A stretch of 64,000 nt of DNA from Carcharhinus longimanus (lineage: Eukaryota): assembly GCA_030264375.1 (NCBI GenBank), contig JASCQW010000105.1, forward strand, positions 14,957,507-15,021,506, written 5' to 3'. Numbering within the stretch: the first letter of the stretch is position 1; each line of letters begins with the position of its first letter. The translations under genes were made by a program, and so were the position numbers. Shown here in pieces: positions 13,080 through 24,504 of the stretch. The notes beneath the pieces were generated by a model, which worked only from the letters and a program-made list of their open reading frames with translations, was not told the DNA's origin and did not search any database.

Positions 13080-15408
13080 TGGGAGATCCTTTGTATGCGT
13101 AGCCCTGTTTGTTTCAGTCTGAAAGACTTCATTTTAAGAGTTTTCTGCCAATGCACAATTACATTTAAATACTAGACTGTAGGGGTAACAAATTCTGCTA
13201 AACTGAACAATTGTAGATAGCTTGACTACATGTAGAATCAGAAGGCATGATGGGTTAGCTAAAAATTTACACTTCCAATACCAAGATAAGAGTTGAAATA
13301 TATTTTGGATTTTAGTGTGTTTTTTTTCAGTTTCAAGATGCAGTTCAGTTTGAAAGTAGAAAGAAACTTAAACAAGGTGTAAGGAAGGCTAAAAGGGGTC
13401 ATGAAAAGTCATTGGCCAGCAGGATTAAGGAAAATCCCAAGGCTTTTTATACAAATATAAAGAGCAAGAGGGTACCCAGGGAAAGGGTTGGCCCACTCGA
13501 AAGGGGAGGGAATCTATGCATGGTGTCAGAGAAAATGGGCGAAGTATTAAATGAGTATTTTGCATCAGTATTCACCAAGGAGAAGAACTTGGTGCACGAT
13601 GAGTCTGCAAAAGGATGTGTGGATAGTTTGAGTCATGTTGAGAGCAAAAAGGTCGAGGTAGTGAGGTTCTTGAGGAACGTTAAAGTGGACAAATCCCCAG
13701 GGCCTGATGGGATATACCCCTGAATACTGAGAGAGGCTAGGGAGGAAATTGCTGGGGCCATGAGAGAAATCTTTGTATTCCTCACTGGCTACAGGGGAGG
13801 TCCCAGAGGATTGGAGAATAGCCAGTGTTGTTTCTTTGTTTAAGAAAGATAGCAAGAATAATCCAGCTAATTACAGTCTGGTGAGCCTTACATCAGTAGT
13901 AGGGAAATTATTGGAGAGGATTTTTCAAGTCAGGATTTACTCCCACTTGGAAATAACGATGTATTAGCGAGAGACAACATGGTTTTGTACAGCGGAGGTC
14001 ATGTCTCACTTACTTGATCGAGTTTTTCGAGGAAGTGAAGATGATGATTGAGGGTAGGACAGTGGATGTTTCTAGATGAACTTCAGTAAGGCCTTTGACA
14101 AGGGCCCCCATGGCAGACTGGTGCAGAAGGTGAAGTCGCATGGGATCAGTGGTGAGCTGGCAAAGTGGATACAGAACTGGCTCAGTCAGAGAAGATGGAG
14201 GGTAGTAGTGGAAGGGTGCATTTCTGAGTGGAGGGCTGTGACAAGTGGCATTTCTCAGGGATCAGTGCTGGGACCTTTGCTGTTTGTAATATATATATAA
14301 ATTATATGGAGGAAAATGTAACTGGTTTGATTAGTAAGTTTGCGGACAACACAAGGATTAGTGGATTTGCAGATCACGATAAGGACTGTCAGAGGATACA
14401 GCAGGATATAGATCGTTTGGGCAGAGAGATGGCAGATGGAGTTTAATCTGGACAAATGTGAGGTTATGCATTTTGGAAGGTCTAATGAAGATAGGAAATA
14501 TACAGTAAATGGCAGAACCCTTAAGAGTATTGATAGTCAGAGGGATCTGGGCACAGGTACACAGGTCACTGAAAGTGGCAACGCAGGTGGAGAAGGTAAT
14601 CAAGAAGGTAAACGGCATGCTTGCCTTCATTGGCCAAGGCATTGAGTTTAAAAATTGGCAAGTCATGTTGCCGCTTTACAGAGTCTTAGTTAGACCACAC
14701 TCGGAATATAGTGTTCAATTCAGGTTGCCCCACTACCAGAAGAATGTGGAGGCTTTGGAGAAGGTACAGAAAAGATTTGCCAGGATGTTGCCTGGTTTAG
14801 AGGGCATTAGCTGTGAGAAGAGGTTGCAGAAACTTGGTTTGTTCTTTCTGGAACGGCGGAGGTTGAGTGGTGATCTGATAGAAGACTACAAGATTATGAG
14901 GGGCATGGACAGAGTGGATAGTCAGAAGCTTTTTCCCAGGGTGAAGAGTCAGTTACTGGGGGGCATAGGTTTAAGGTACAAGGGGCAAGATTTAAAGGAG
15001 ATGTACGAGGCAAGCTTTTTTTGCGCGGAGGATGGTGGGTGCCTGAAACTCTCTGCCGGAGGAGGTTGTGGAAGCAGATACAATAGTTTTTAAGGGGCAA
15101 TTTGACAAATACATGAATCGGGTGGGAATGGAGAGATATGGTCCCCAGAAGAGTAGGGGATTTTAGTTCAGTCAGGCAGCATGATCGGTGCGGGTTTGGA
15201 GGGTCAAAGGGCCTGTTCCTGTGCTGTAATTTTCTTTGTCCTTTGTTTAAGTTCAGTACAGGGCCTGACTGAGTGATGCCAGTCTCCAAGTTTTGTTTCC
15301 TTCTCTGTCATGTTAATTCTTTTAAGTTCTGTTCAATAAAAGAAAACATTTTAAACTCGTACAAAGTGGTGTCCCCTTGTCTTTTCAAACGAATGAATGG
15401 ACCCAACA
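13080..15408 (+). repeat. ERV 5' LTR, split by a CR1 insertion (LTR parts ~13080-13348 and ~15249-15408)
   Basis: Both halves align to consecutive parts of the 3' LTR (e.g. gcacaattacatttaaat..., gggttagctaaaaatt, gaatgaatggac.caaca). AATAAA is present at 15335-15340. Confidence 0.9.
13350..15248 (+). mobile_element. 5'-truncated CR1-clade LINE (ORF2 RT and 3' UTR) inserted in the ERV 5' LTR
   Basis: RT-region motifs KSPGPDGIYP, SLTSVVGKLLE, FSKAFDK, SQGSVLGPLLF, FADNT, LVRPHSEYSVQF and LERRRLSGDLIE. The 3' end reads gggcctgttcctgtgctgta followed by (TTCTTTG)-like repeats. Confidence 0.93.
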
Positions 15409-15413
15409 ATTTC

Positions 15414-15431
15414 TAGCGTCATGAGCAGGAT
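15414..15431 (+). promoter_or_regulatory. Primer-binding site, probably tRNA-Ser(CGA)
   Basis: TAGCGTCATGAGCAGGAT lies 5 nt after the LTR end. It differs at 3 positions from TGGCGTCACGAACAGGAT, the complement of a vertebrate tRNA-Ser(CGA) 3' end as I recall it. Confidence 0.6.
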
Positions 15432-16034
15432 CGCTGAAGGCCTAGTGGACTAAATCGAGGACATCAAACTTATGTCACAATCCCCGGAGGGTATGGGCTC
15501 CTCTTAATTAAAAATTCTCAGTCGGTTATCTAAGTCTCGTCCTTCCCTTTCCACGATCCTTAATGAGCCAATGCACTGGTACTAAGGCTCGAGGCCCCAC
15601 TCAGATATCTTGTTTCAACGGCATCTGTGATAAGACTCCAACCTGGCTAGAATAGCCTACAGTCCGATGCCCATTAACCTTTTAATGACCATCACCATGA
15701 TAGAAGCAAAAAGACAAACCAAAATTCTTCCACAGAATCAGTTACTGTCCGCAGTAAAAGATGGACAAGCCCCACCTAATGTTTCGGAAGATGAAATTCT
15801 GCAGCAGCTAAGAGAGTACATAGAACGGCAATTTGATTTGCTGAAAATCTGTACTGAGATTGAACAGAAATAAGGCACCTCCAAGGGACAGTGGTCCTTG
15901 AATGAGATAGAAAATCTAGGGAAAAAAACAACCCGTATGAAGGATGAGCAATGCATAACATGGTCCTTAGCTGTCATGGGCCAGATCCAAAAATAAAATG
16001 TAATCATAAAGAATTCCCAACAATTCCCTGAAGA

Positions 16035-16741
16035 ATAGGAGCTTAGGGGTGATCTTATAAAGGTCTATGAAATAATGAGGGGCATAGATAAGGTAGATGG
16101 CCAACATCTTTCCCCAAAGGCAGGAGGGTCAAAAACTAAAGGGGAGAGAGGAGAGATGGGCGGCACAGTAGCACAGTGGTTAGTGCTACTGTTTCACAGC
16201 TCCAGGGACCTCGGTTCGATTCCCGGCTCGGGTCACTGTCTGTGTGGAGTTTGCACATTCTCTTCATGTCTGTGTGGGTTTTCTTCGGGTGCTCCGGTTT
16301 CCTCCCACAGTCCAAAGATGTGCGGGTTAGGCTGATTGGCCATGCTAAAATTGCGCCTCAGTGTCCTGAGATGCGTAGGTTAGAGGGATTAGCGGGTAAA
16401 TGTGTAGGGATAGGGGTGTAGGGCCTGGGTGGGATTGTGGTTGGTGCAGACTCGATGGGCCGAAGAGCCTCCTTCTGCACTGTAGGGTTCTATGATTCTA
16501 TGAGATATAAAAGAATCCGAAGGGGAAGTTTTTTCAGTGGTGAGTGTCTGGAACGAACTGCCAGAGGCTGTAGTCGAGGCAGATATACTTTTTAAAAGAC
16601 AAAATTGTTTAGTCAGTTACGTGGATAAGATGGGTATGGGGGGATATGGGCCAAATGCAGGCAATTGAGACTAGCTAAAAACTAGGTGCCATGAACAAGT
16701 TGAGTCAAAGGGCCTGTTTCCATGTTGTAAACCTGTATAAC
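16035..16741 (+). mobile_element. CR1 3' fragment inside ERV gag, itself interrupted by a SINE
   Basis: LRGDLIKVYEIMRGIDKVD before the SINE; gtgagtgtctggaacgaactgcc...gggcctgtttccatgttgta after it. Confidence 0.85.
16158..16503 (+). mobile_element. tRNA-derived HE1/V-SINE-type SINE, full length
   Basis: GGGCGGCACAGTAGCACAGTGGTTAG (A box), GGTTCGATTCCC (B box), V-domain-like TGTGTGGAGTTTGCACATTCTC...CTCCGGTTTCCTCCCACAGTCCAAAGA, and a CR1-like tail ending ttctatgattctatga. Confidence 0.9.
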
Positions 16742-17586
16742 CCAATAGGAAAGGAACAGTGAGATGTGCAGGGGCTCGATGCTGGCTTAGAAGCAGACTC
16801 AGAATGCTCTAACAAGTGCAATGACACTGCAGAAGGGATTTTTGACATAAGAGTCATACCATTAAAGAGAAAAAGGGTCGAGATCAAGTCTGAGACAATT
16901 ACGGCAGATAGCAAAACCATTCATAAAAGCTAATATGTCTACAAATTACTGCACCAGGAGGCAGACCCAGAGAAAGTTGATAAATTGTCTAAACAGCTGC
17001 CACGCCTACAAAAGTGGGCATGAAGACCTGGGATCAATTAAACAATCTCAAAGGTATCTACCAACACCACCCATGGGACACAGTTCAGACTATAGTCGTA
17101 ATGGTGCCCGGATGAGTAGCAAAGAGACATGATGTGCAAACGTCTCTGGGTGAAAATGAACAACTACTAGATGCAGGATGGGATGCCATCAAGTGGTGGC
17201 TACAGGTATTCAGCCCCCTAAAACAGACTGGGGAAAAATAGCAGCCTGTCAACAGATACAAAAGAGGTATGGGAATATGACAGTTTAGGGCAACAGTTTG
17301 GATGGAATATTTAGGAATAGACAACACCTGACCCGAAGAAATGAATGGCAGAACTTTTGGATCTATGAATGTTGCATTTGTCACCGGCCTAAAGCCAGAA
17401 TTGGCAAAGAAGGTAAAGTTACACTTGCCAGACTGGGCAAAAACATGCTGAGCCAAGCAGCAAGGTAGAGGACATCAGGGACACCATCAGTCTCAGCATT
17501 AGTCTGAAGATGAAGAACATTTGAAGAAGTTTAAGCAGTTTACTACAGAGCAACAAGATGTGTTGCCAGACGCAGCAAAAAGCTAG

Positions 17587-17960
17587 AAGAGCCCGTCCTT
17601 GCCATCACAACCCTCCCAACTGGCGCTAGTAGAACAGTGGGGAGATGGGATATATATAACAATGAGAGTGGGCGATCTTGGCATAGACTGTCTTTTGAAC
17701 ACTAGAGCAGAATTAATCTGTCTACCACTGAAATGTTTCTCCACGGGCAACTGATTGGTAATGGCACAAGAGTCAAGTGGAGTTAACATAAAACTCCATC
17801 AGACTAAACCCAGTAGAATTAACCTTGGTCCTCATGAAGTGACTACCCGAATTTGGGTGGGACCAGTACAAAAGCCTTAATTGGAATGGATGTCCTGATT
17901 CAGCTAAACTCCTCTTTGGATTTTAAAGAGATTAAGGTGACCTGGTCTTTCAATGCTTTG
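17587..17960 (+). pseudogene. ERV aspartic protease remnant
   Basis: MRVGDLGIDCLLNTRAELIC (decayed DTGA at ~17698-17709) and the downstream IGMDVL (~17880-17897, ILGRD-type motif). Confidence 0.8.
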
Positions 17961-18029
17961 AAGAAGGAAGACCAATGAACCTCCTGAGATGGGCAAGTTG
18001 CCTGAGGGCCATGGACACCACCTGTCAAG

Positions 18030-19860
18030 CTATGATGGCCACTGCACCTGTTCTGGATCAGAAGCTAACTGTCAAGTGTCCCCACACAGTCCATGCTGTG
18101 TTGTTAATAAACAGAGTATCGCAAGTCATGGCAGCCTAATGAATCCATTGGACAATGGTTCTGGAGGCCCACAATCTCCATTTCATCTGGGCTAGTCCAG
18201 TTAACCCTGTAACTATACTCCTGCTCCCTGAGTTGGGAGAGTATGGAGAAGACCATGATTGTGTGGAATTTCTAAAAGAAACAGAAGCTGTCTAGTGGCA
18301 GAGGATCCTCTACCCAACCCAGATCTCATCCTTTTTATGGATGGCTTCTCCTATGTTAACAATAATGTCAGAAAAGCAGTATTTTGGCAGTTACTACCAT
18401 ATATGAAGTTGTGGTAAAAGGTTGCCTACCCTCAGGAACATCAGCTCAACAGGCCAAACCGCGAGTCTTGGCAGAAGGCTGCCGGATAGCTGAGGGACAA
18501 ACGGCTAATACTTATATGGACTCTTGGTGTGCTTTTGGAATTGCCCACTACTTTGGTCATTTATGGCGGCAAAGAGGTACACCTATTTGTTATAGGTGAG
18601 AATTCCGAGACTTACTGGAAGCCATACAGTTGCCCCAGGAGGCATTCATTTTGAAGTCCAAAGCCCATATGAAGGAAAACACTAAGGAAGCAAAGGGAAA
18701 TGCCTTAGCCAAAGAGGCTGCCTCACAATCCTGGTTGGAAGAATCAACCCAAATGTGCAGACTGGGAGCACTTAGTCTGACACAAGATCTGCAGAAGATA
18801 CGAATTTAGAAGGAAAAAAGGACATGGATCGAGGCAGGAATAAAGCTTTGGAAAGATGATATATGGAGTCAAAGAGACACTGAGAAGCCAGTCGTGCTCC
18901 AGCTGTTGATGTCCTTTCTAGCACAACAGATCCACTCGTGGGGATACTGGTCCCGCAACAGATGACAGCGAGATTTCAGAAAAGCTGATGGGGGAGAGGA
19001 TTCAAGAAACAAGTCCAGCTGGCAGAAGACCATTGTGTGATCTGACAGAAAAACAATCTGGGATTATTGTGGTAAGGCCCCCTGCACCGGTGGGACCATT
19101 CCAGGATTTGCAGGTTGACTATATATATCTCCCTCAATGTCAAGGATGCAAAGGCATCTTGGTCATTGTGGGCAGATTCTCCAGATGGATCGAGGCTGTG
19201 CTAGCCAGGAAATCCATTGCCAAACACAGAGCCAAGGTTTTGTGTAAGGGCTACATTCCCAGATGGGGACTCCTGAACAGTATTGACTCCGATCGGGGAA
19301 CCCATTTCACAGGTGCTGTCTATAAGGACTTCTGTAGACTGTTGAACATCACCTAGAATTTACATAGCCCTTATCACCCACAATAGTCTGGCTAAGTGGG
19401 GCGAATGAAAGGAACTCTGAAAGACCAACTTACTAATTATCACCGAGAAGGGACACCATGGCCTCAGGCACTACCAATTGTCCTGTGTAGTATCAGGGCA
19501 ACTCCAAATAAGACCATGGGTCTGAGTCCATTTAAAGTAATAACAGGAAGACCAATGTTGTCTGGATCCATTGATTTGCGAAAAGCTGATTGCTACTTGA
19601 TGAGCGACACTTCGTCAGAACATTGTATAATCCTGACAAATGTAATCAGTTCTATTTCCCAGCAGGTGTTGGCAACGTGGTGCAATGCGCCTGAAGAAGG
19701 ATGTAATATCATCCCAGGAGCGTAGATCTACGTGAAGAAGATACACAAAGAACCTCTGGGAGCCAAGTGGGAAGGATCCAACCAAGTGCTACTAACCACT
19801 CAAGGTCCAGAGGGAGAGAAGGCCTGGATACACGCATCACAGATCAAGAGAGCACTCAGT
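18030..19860 (+). pseudogene. ERV pol remnant: connection domain, RNase H and integrase
   Basis: Connection domain: LTVKCPHTVH and NPVTILLLP...DHDCVE. RNase H: LILFMDGFS, SAQQA, ANTYMDSWCAFG, GNALA. Integrase: PFQDLQVDYI...GRFSRWIEA...IPRWGL.SIDSDRGTHFTG, WPQALPIVL.SIRATP.K..GLSPF, KWEGSNQVLLTT and WIHASQIK. Confidence 0.92.
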
Positions 19861-19918
19861 GGCTCCACCTAAGGGCATTTTTCTTTTATACTTCTTGCAT
19901 ATAAAACCACATTTTAAC

Positions 19919-20340
19919 ATGTTTAAACTCAGTATCATGTTGTCTTTTTGTATGTTAAACATTTATCTATCACCAGCCTGCCAGCCCCTTGCACCTGAGG
20001 AACCAAAACAAGTGACCAAAGAATTACAGGTAAACATCTTTGCCTAATCCTATGTCAAATTTGGCTGGACATATTAAAAAGGAAGTTGAAAAACTTAAAT
20101 AGCCCCCACCCTCAATTTTGTTGAGCTGGGCAACTGGTTGGCTAGACTTAGGAGCTCCATGGAGCAAAGGCTGGTACTATTCTTTGTTATTGTTGTAATG
20201 ATATACTGAATACTCTTATGTTAAATGCATGTGTACCTATTTAATGACAGTGGAGAAGAGTAAACCCTCAGCGATGATGATGACTGCAAAGGGAAAGGAG
20301 AACAAGCCATTCCAGCATCTGAAAGAGGTTTCATATATTT
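19919..20340 (+). pseudogene. Possible internally deleted env remnant
   Basis: A signal-peptide-like MFKLSIMLSFCMLNIYLSPAC follows integrase. A Trp-rich LSWATGWLDL and hydrophobic LVLFFVIVVMIY (TM-like) lie near 20120-20210, just before the PPT. Confidence 0.5.
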
Positions 20341-20363
20341 GATTTGAAATGGTTATATAAACC

Positions 20364-20374
20364 AAAGGAGGGAA
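20364..20374 (+). promoter_or_regulatory. Polypurine tract of the ERV
   Basis: AAAGGAGGGAA immediately precedes the TG start of the 3' LTR. Confidence 0.8.
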
Positions 20375-20375
20375 T

Positions 20376-20888
20376 TGATGTTTCTGTGTATGTGTAGCCC
20401 TGTTTGCTTCATTCTATGCCAATACTTAATTTTAAGATATTTCTGCCTAAGCACAATTACATTTAAATGCTAGACTGTAGGGGTCTACTAACTCTGCTAA
20501 GCTGAACAATTGTGGCTAGCTTGACGACATGTAGACTCAAAAGGCATGATGGGTTAGCTAAAAATTGACTACATCCCTGAAGGATATACAATGGAGATAA
20601 CAGCAGCAGTTACAAGGATTGCTTTTTCTAGATGGAGACAGCCTGCAAAAAACACTTCCAATAATGAGAAAAGTGTTGAAATATATTTTGGATTTTAGTG
20701 TGTGTTTTCAGTTTCAAGATCCAGTTCAAGTTCAGTGCAGGGCTTGGCTGAGATGCTAGTCTCCAAGTTCATTTTCCTTTTCTGTCATGTTAATTTTTTT
20801 ACATTCTGTTCAATAACAGAAAACCATTTATAAAACTCATAACAAGTGCTGTACCCTCATCTCTTCAAATGAATGAATGGACACAACA
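20376..20888 (+). repeat. ERV 3' LTR
   Basis: TGATG...ACAACA, homologous to the 5' LTR halves and followed by the CAGCC TSD. Confidence 0.9.
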
Positions 20889-21209
20889 CAGCCCTTTTTT
20901 CAATTAGGCACTCAACAGTTTTCCAGACCCAACAATTTCAGCCTATAATCATTCCAGAGTCACTGTACCTACTTCATTGGACAGCTGCTGTTGGTAATGA
21001 TTCTACTTTTTCCACTTATATCCCTTCATTTTGTTTATTTTTCCCATTATCCATCACCTTGCACAATTATTGATTTGATGAAAATGATCATAATATCAAC
21101 AAACTGACTAATCATAAGCTCAAGATATTCAGTGACTGATGGAATTTCCTGAACTCTAAGTAAAAAGGCAACAAAAAAATCAACTGGTTTATCAACAAAT
21201 AAAGGCTGA

Positions 21210-22450
21210 AGTACAAAGGTACACCCTGACATGGAGAAAAAGTAGTGAGCAGACATTGTAAAAGAAACACAACATCTTGCTGACGTGTCTATAGTTTCTT
21301 TCTTTAATATTTATGGCCTGAGTACTGAAGGACCAGCACTTCTGAGGTGTAAGAAATGGAAAGTGGGGCGATCAATCTGATTGAGGAAAGGGAAGCTGTC
21401 AATGCCCATTGGAGAGAGCATTTTGAAGATCTTTTCAATCAAGAAACAATTGCTGACAAGTGATTTTGTACTTCAGCCCACAACACAAGCAAGCTTGGAA
21501 CTCCACCAGTGTTGTTGGAGGTATACAAGCCATCAAATGAAGAACAACAAAGCAGCTGGAGGTGGTGGAATTCCCACTGAAATCGTTAAGTATGGAGGGT
21601 AGGAAATAACATTCACAGTATCCTACAAATCTGGATTGAAGAGGAATTCTTAAATGATCTAAAGGTGCAATGATTGTGACAATCTTTAAGAAAGAGGACA
21701 ATCCAACTGTTGAAATTGCAAAAGCATCTCCTTGTTTTCCATTGCAGGAAAGATCATTACAAGAACTCTTCAGAGTCAATTCATTACACTTTCCTACTTC
21801 ATGATGTTATGTGACTAGTGATCCATTAAGATGGGAGTCAGTCAAGGTCGTGTTGTTGCTGCAGTTTTTTTTTCAATTTTCTTTGCTGCCATGTTCAAAG
21901 CTATTTAATCTTAACTGACTCCAGTCGAAAACTCTCTGACCTCAGGCATTGAGTTCTAGTATGCTGATGAGGTTGCAGTAAGTGCTATTTTGGAAATGGA
22001 TCTGCAGAGAATCATCACGTCTTTACTGAGGCATACAGTAAGAAGGGACTTAACTCAACATTCAAAAGACCAAAAGTGTTCCATCAGCATGTTCCAAAAG
22101 CACATACTCCAACCCCATTGATTAGAATTCAGGTTCCCAAAGCAGGTTGTCATCATTTCCCCCAGGGTAGATGCATCAGAGGAAGACAGAAGTAATGCTT
22201 CAAGGATGTGCTGAAAGCCAACATGAAGAAATGCAATATTGACATCTCCTTTTGGGAGACCATTGCCTTGGATTAAACCAAATGGTACCAGAGCCTGTGG
22301 GAAGGATCCCAACACTTTGAGATCAATGATGATATAATGAAGAGGAAATGCAAGACAGGCAGGAAGAACATACCATGACCTGAAGTAATAATGCATAGCT
22401 AGATATCCCACATGACAACAAATGCCCTATGTCTTTGGATCTCAAATTGG
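21210..22450 (+). mobile_element. RTE-clade LINE RT fragment
   Basis: MKNNKAAGGGGIPTEIVKYGG, IVTIFKKED, GVSQGRVVA (GVKQGCVLA-like) and YADE; highly decayed. Confidence 0.7.
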
Positions 22451-23813
22451 CCACATCAGCAGAGTAGTGGAAAAAAAGCTATCTTGCTACTGAGGGATAG
22501 CATAAATTTATAATAATTAGGGAATTGCAGGATTTTGACTGTGTGTGTACCTGGTCCTCTCATTCTTCTAGGCAGCAGAGATTGCTTTTGAAAGGTGTTG
22601 TCAAATAAGCCTTGGCAAAATGCTATAGTGCATCTTGTAATTGTAATACTTAGCAGCCATTGTCCAGGTGATGAATGGAGTGAACATATAAGTTAGTGAA
22701 TAGGATGTTAATCAACTAGGATTCTTTGTCTTCGATGGGGTCAAGTTTCTGAATGTTTTTGGAATTTTATGCATCCAGAAAAGAGGAGAGTATTATAGCA
22801 CATTCCTGGCTTGTGCTTTTGTATATACAGGACAGGTTTTGGGGAGTGAGAAGGTGAGTTACTTTCCACAGACTTCTCAGTATCTGACGCTTTTTTTGTA
22901 GAATGGTATCTATGTGGCTAGTCTAGTTAATTTTCTAATCAGTGGTGATCCCCAGGGATTTAGCAATGAGAATGCAATTGAATGTCGAGGGGAGGAGGTT
23001 ATACACTCTGGTTGGAAATGGACATTATCTTGCACTTTGTGGCAACTAACATTCATGCCATACATGAGCCCAAATCTGAATTTTATAGCTAGTGGCAGGT
23101 CAGAAAAAGGCCATTTGCTCTGTCATGTTTGCTCCTTTTTTCCTGCAATGGCAACAGAGCTAACCCCATTCCCCTGTGCTTTCCTGATAGTGCTGCATAT
23201 CTTTTCAGATGCCTGTCTAAATTTGTAAACCAAAACTAAATTTGCCTCCATCACACTCTCAGTAAATTCCAAGTCAAAACTGCTCGCTGAGCTAAAAGGT
23301 TTTTCTTCATACTTTAGTTGGTTATTTTGACATTCACTTTCAGTTGGTGTCCTAGTTCTTAACTCTTTTACCAAATTCTCCTTATCTTCTCTGCGCAGAC
23401 TACTCATAATTTTGACTAGCTCTATCAAATCTCCTTTCAACTTTCTCTAAGGAAAACTAACCCAACTTCTCCAATTTGTCCAGGTAATTGAAGTCCCTCT
23501 ATCCTGAAACCACTCTTGTTAAACTTTTCTGCACCCTCTTCAAAGCCATCACACCCTTCCAACATGGATGTCTAGGTCTAATTGCATGTGGATATGAACT
23601 CTTTCATTATCTGAGTTGTTGAGCACTGTGCAATCATAAGAGAATATCCCCATATCTGTCATTAGGAAAGGGAAGGTCATTGATGAAGCAGCTGCAGTGA
23701 TGTATTTCGGCTGAAATGATAGACCTCCAACAACTACAGCCAGTATTTTTGTACGAGTTCTGGAGCACAAACCTTCGGCACTAACATCAGTGGTTTCTTA
23801 GCTCACAGCTTCG

Positions 23814-24498
23814 TGTGATGTTATTGTTGCTAGCTTGACTGGAAACATTCTTCTTAAATGGATTAACAGGGGTTTTTTGTGTTTCCTCTGAGATTAGATT
23901 TATGATCCTTCATTGTTAGGAGAAAAAGTCATGTGTTTTTGGACAGTTTTCCTTTCCAGTGAATTTAAGGTTTCCATTTTAGAGTTCTGAGGCTGCAGTT
24001 TAATTTTTAGTTTTAGCAGTGGCATCAAGCAAGAAAAACACTGAAGTCTGTCTCTCTCTTTCTCTCTCTCCCTGTTCTATTTGGAAATTCTGCTGGTTAT
24101 CTCAAGGCAATGTTTTGCCTCCTGGAAGGAATGCAAAGCCTTCAAAAAGATTCAGTTCTAGTTGTGAGATTTAATCTATGCCATATTAAGTCTGAAAAGA
24201 GTTTTGTCTCTGAAGGGTTTTGGTTTGTTGGAGCACCTCTAATATTCAATTAAGGGTTAATACATTATTGTGGCTCTTCCTTTTTTTTGTTTGTAATTGG
24301 TAAAATGTATTGCTAATTTTCTTTCTATACATGTTAACTATATTAAATAAACTTTGTTTGTTAAAGCTTCCTGGCAGGTTGTTGAATTATATCTCAAGTG
24401 AAATATATCATGCTCATCCTAACCAAATTCAAGATGCAAACCTTATGGTTCAGATGGTCTTCATAAAACTCTTTGGAGTTTCTAACCTGATCCTTAAT
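23814..24498 (+). mobile_element. Possible solo LTR of a different LTR family
   Basis: TGTGATG start, internal CT tract, AATAAA near 24347 and an LTR-like end (tggagtttctaacctgatccttaa) abutting the Gypsy RT break point. No partner copy in the window. Confidence 0.4.
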
Positions 24499-24504
24499 GC
24501 ACTT

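Larger units (their letters stand above)
15667..17586 (+). pseudogene. ERV gag remnant, interrupted by a CR1 fragment and a SINE
   Basis: Located between the PBS and protease. Short open stretches are present, including a capsid-C-terminal-like AFVTGLKPELAKKVK near 17373-17418. Multiple stops and frameshifts. Confidence 0.6.
13080..20888 (+). mobile_element. Decayed endogenous retrovirus provirus (LTR-gag-pro-[RT deleted]-RNaseH-IN-env remnant-LTR)
   Basis: Homologous TG...CA LTRs at both ends; CAGCC repeated at 13075-13079 and 20889-20893; PBS-like sequence after the 5' LTR; PPT before the 3' LTR; retroviral pro, RNase H and IN motifs in the correct order. Confidence 0.93.

Noticed and set aside
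14509-15093. 194-aa ORF as a functional RT gene
   Set aside because: It is part of a 5'-truncated CR1 with stops and frameshifts.
16158-16230. tRNA gene
   Set aside because: The A and B boxes belong to a SINE head continuing into a V domain and LINE tail; no complete cloverleaf.
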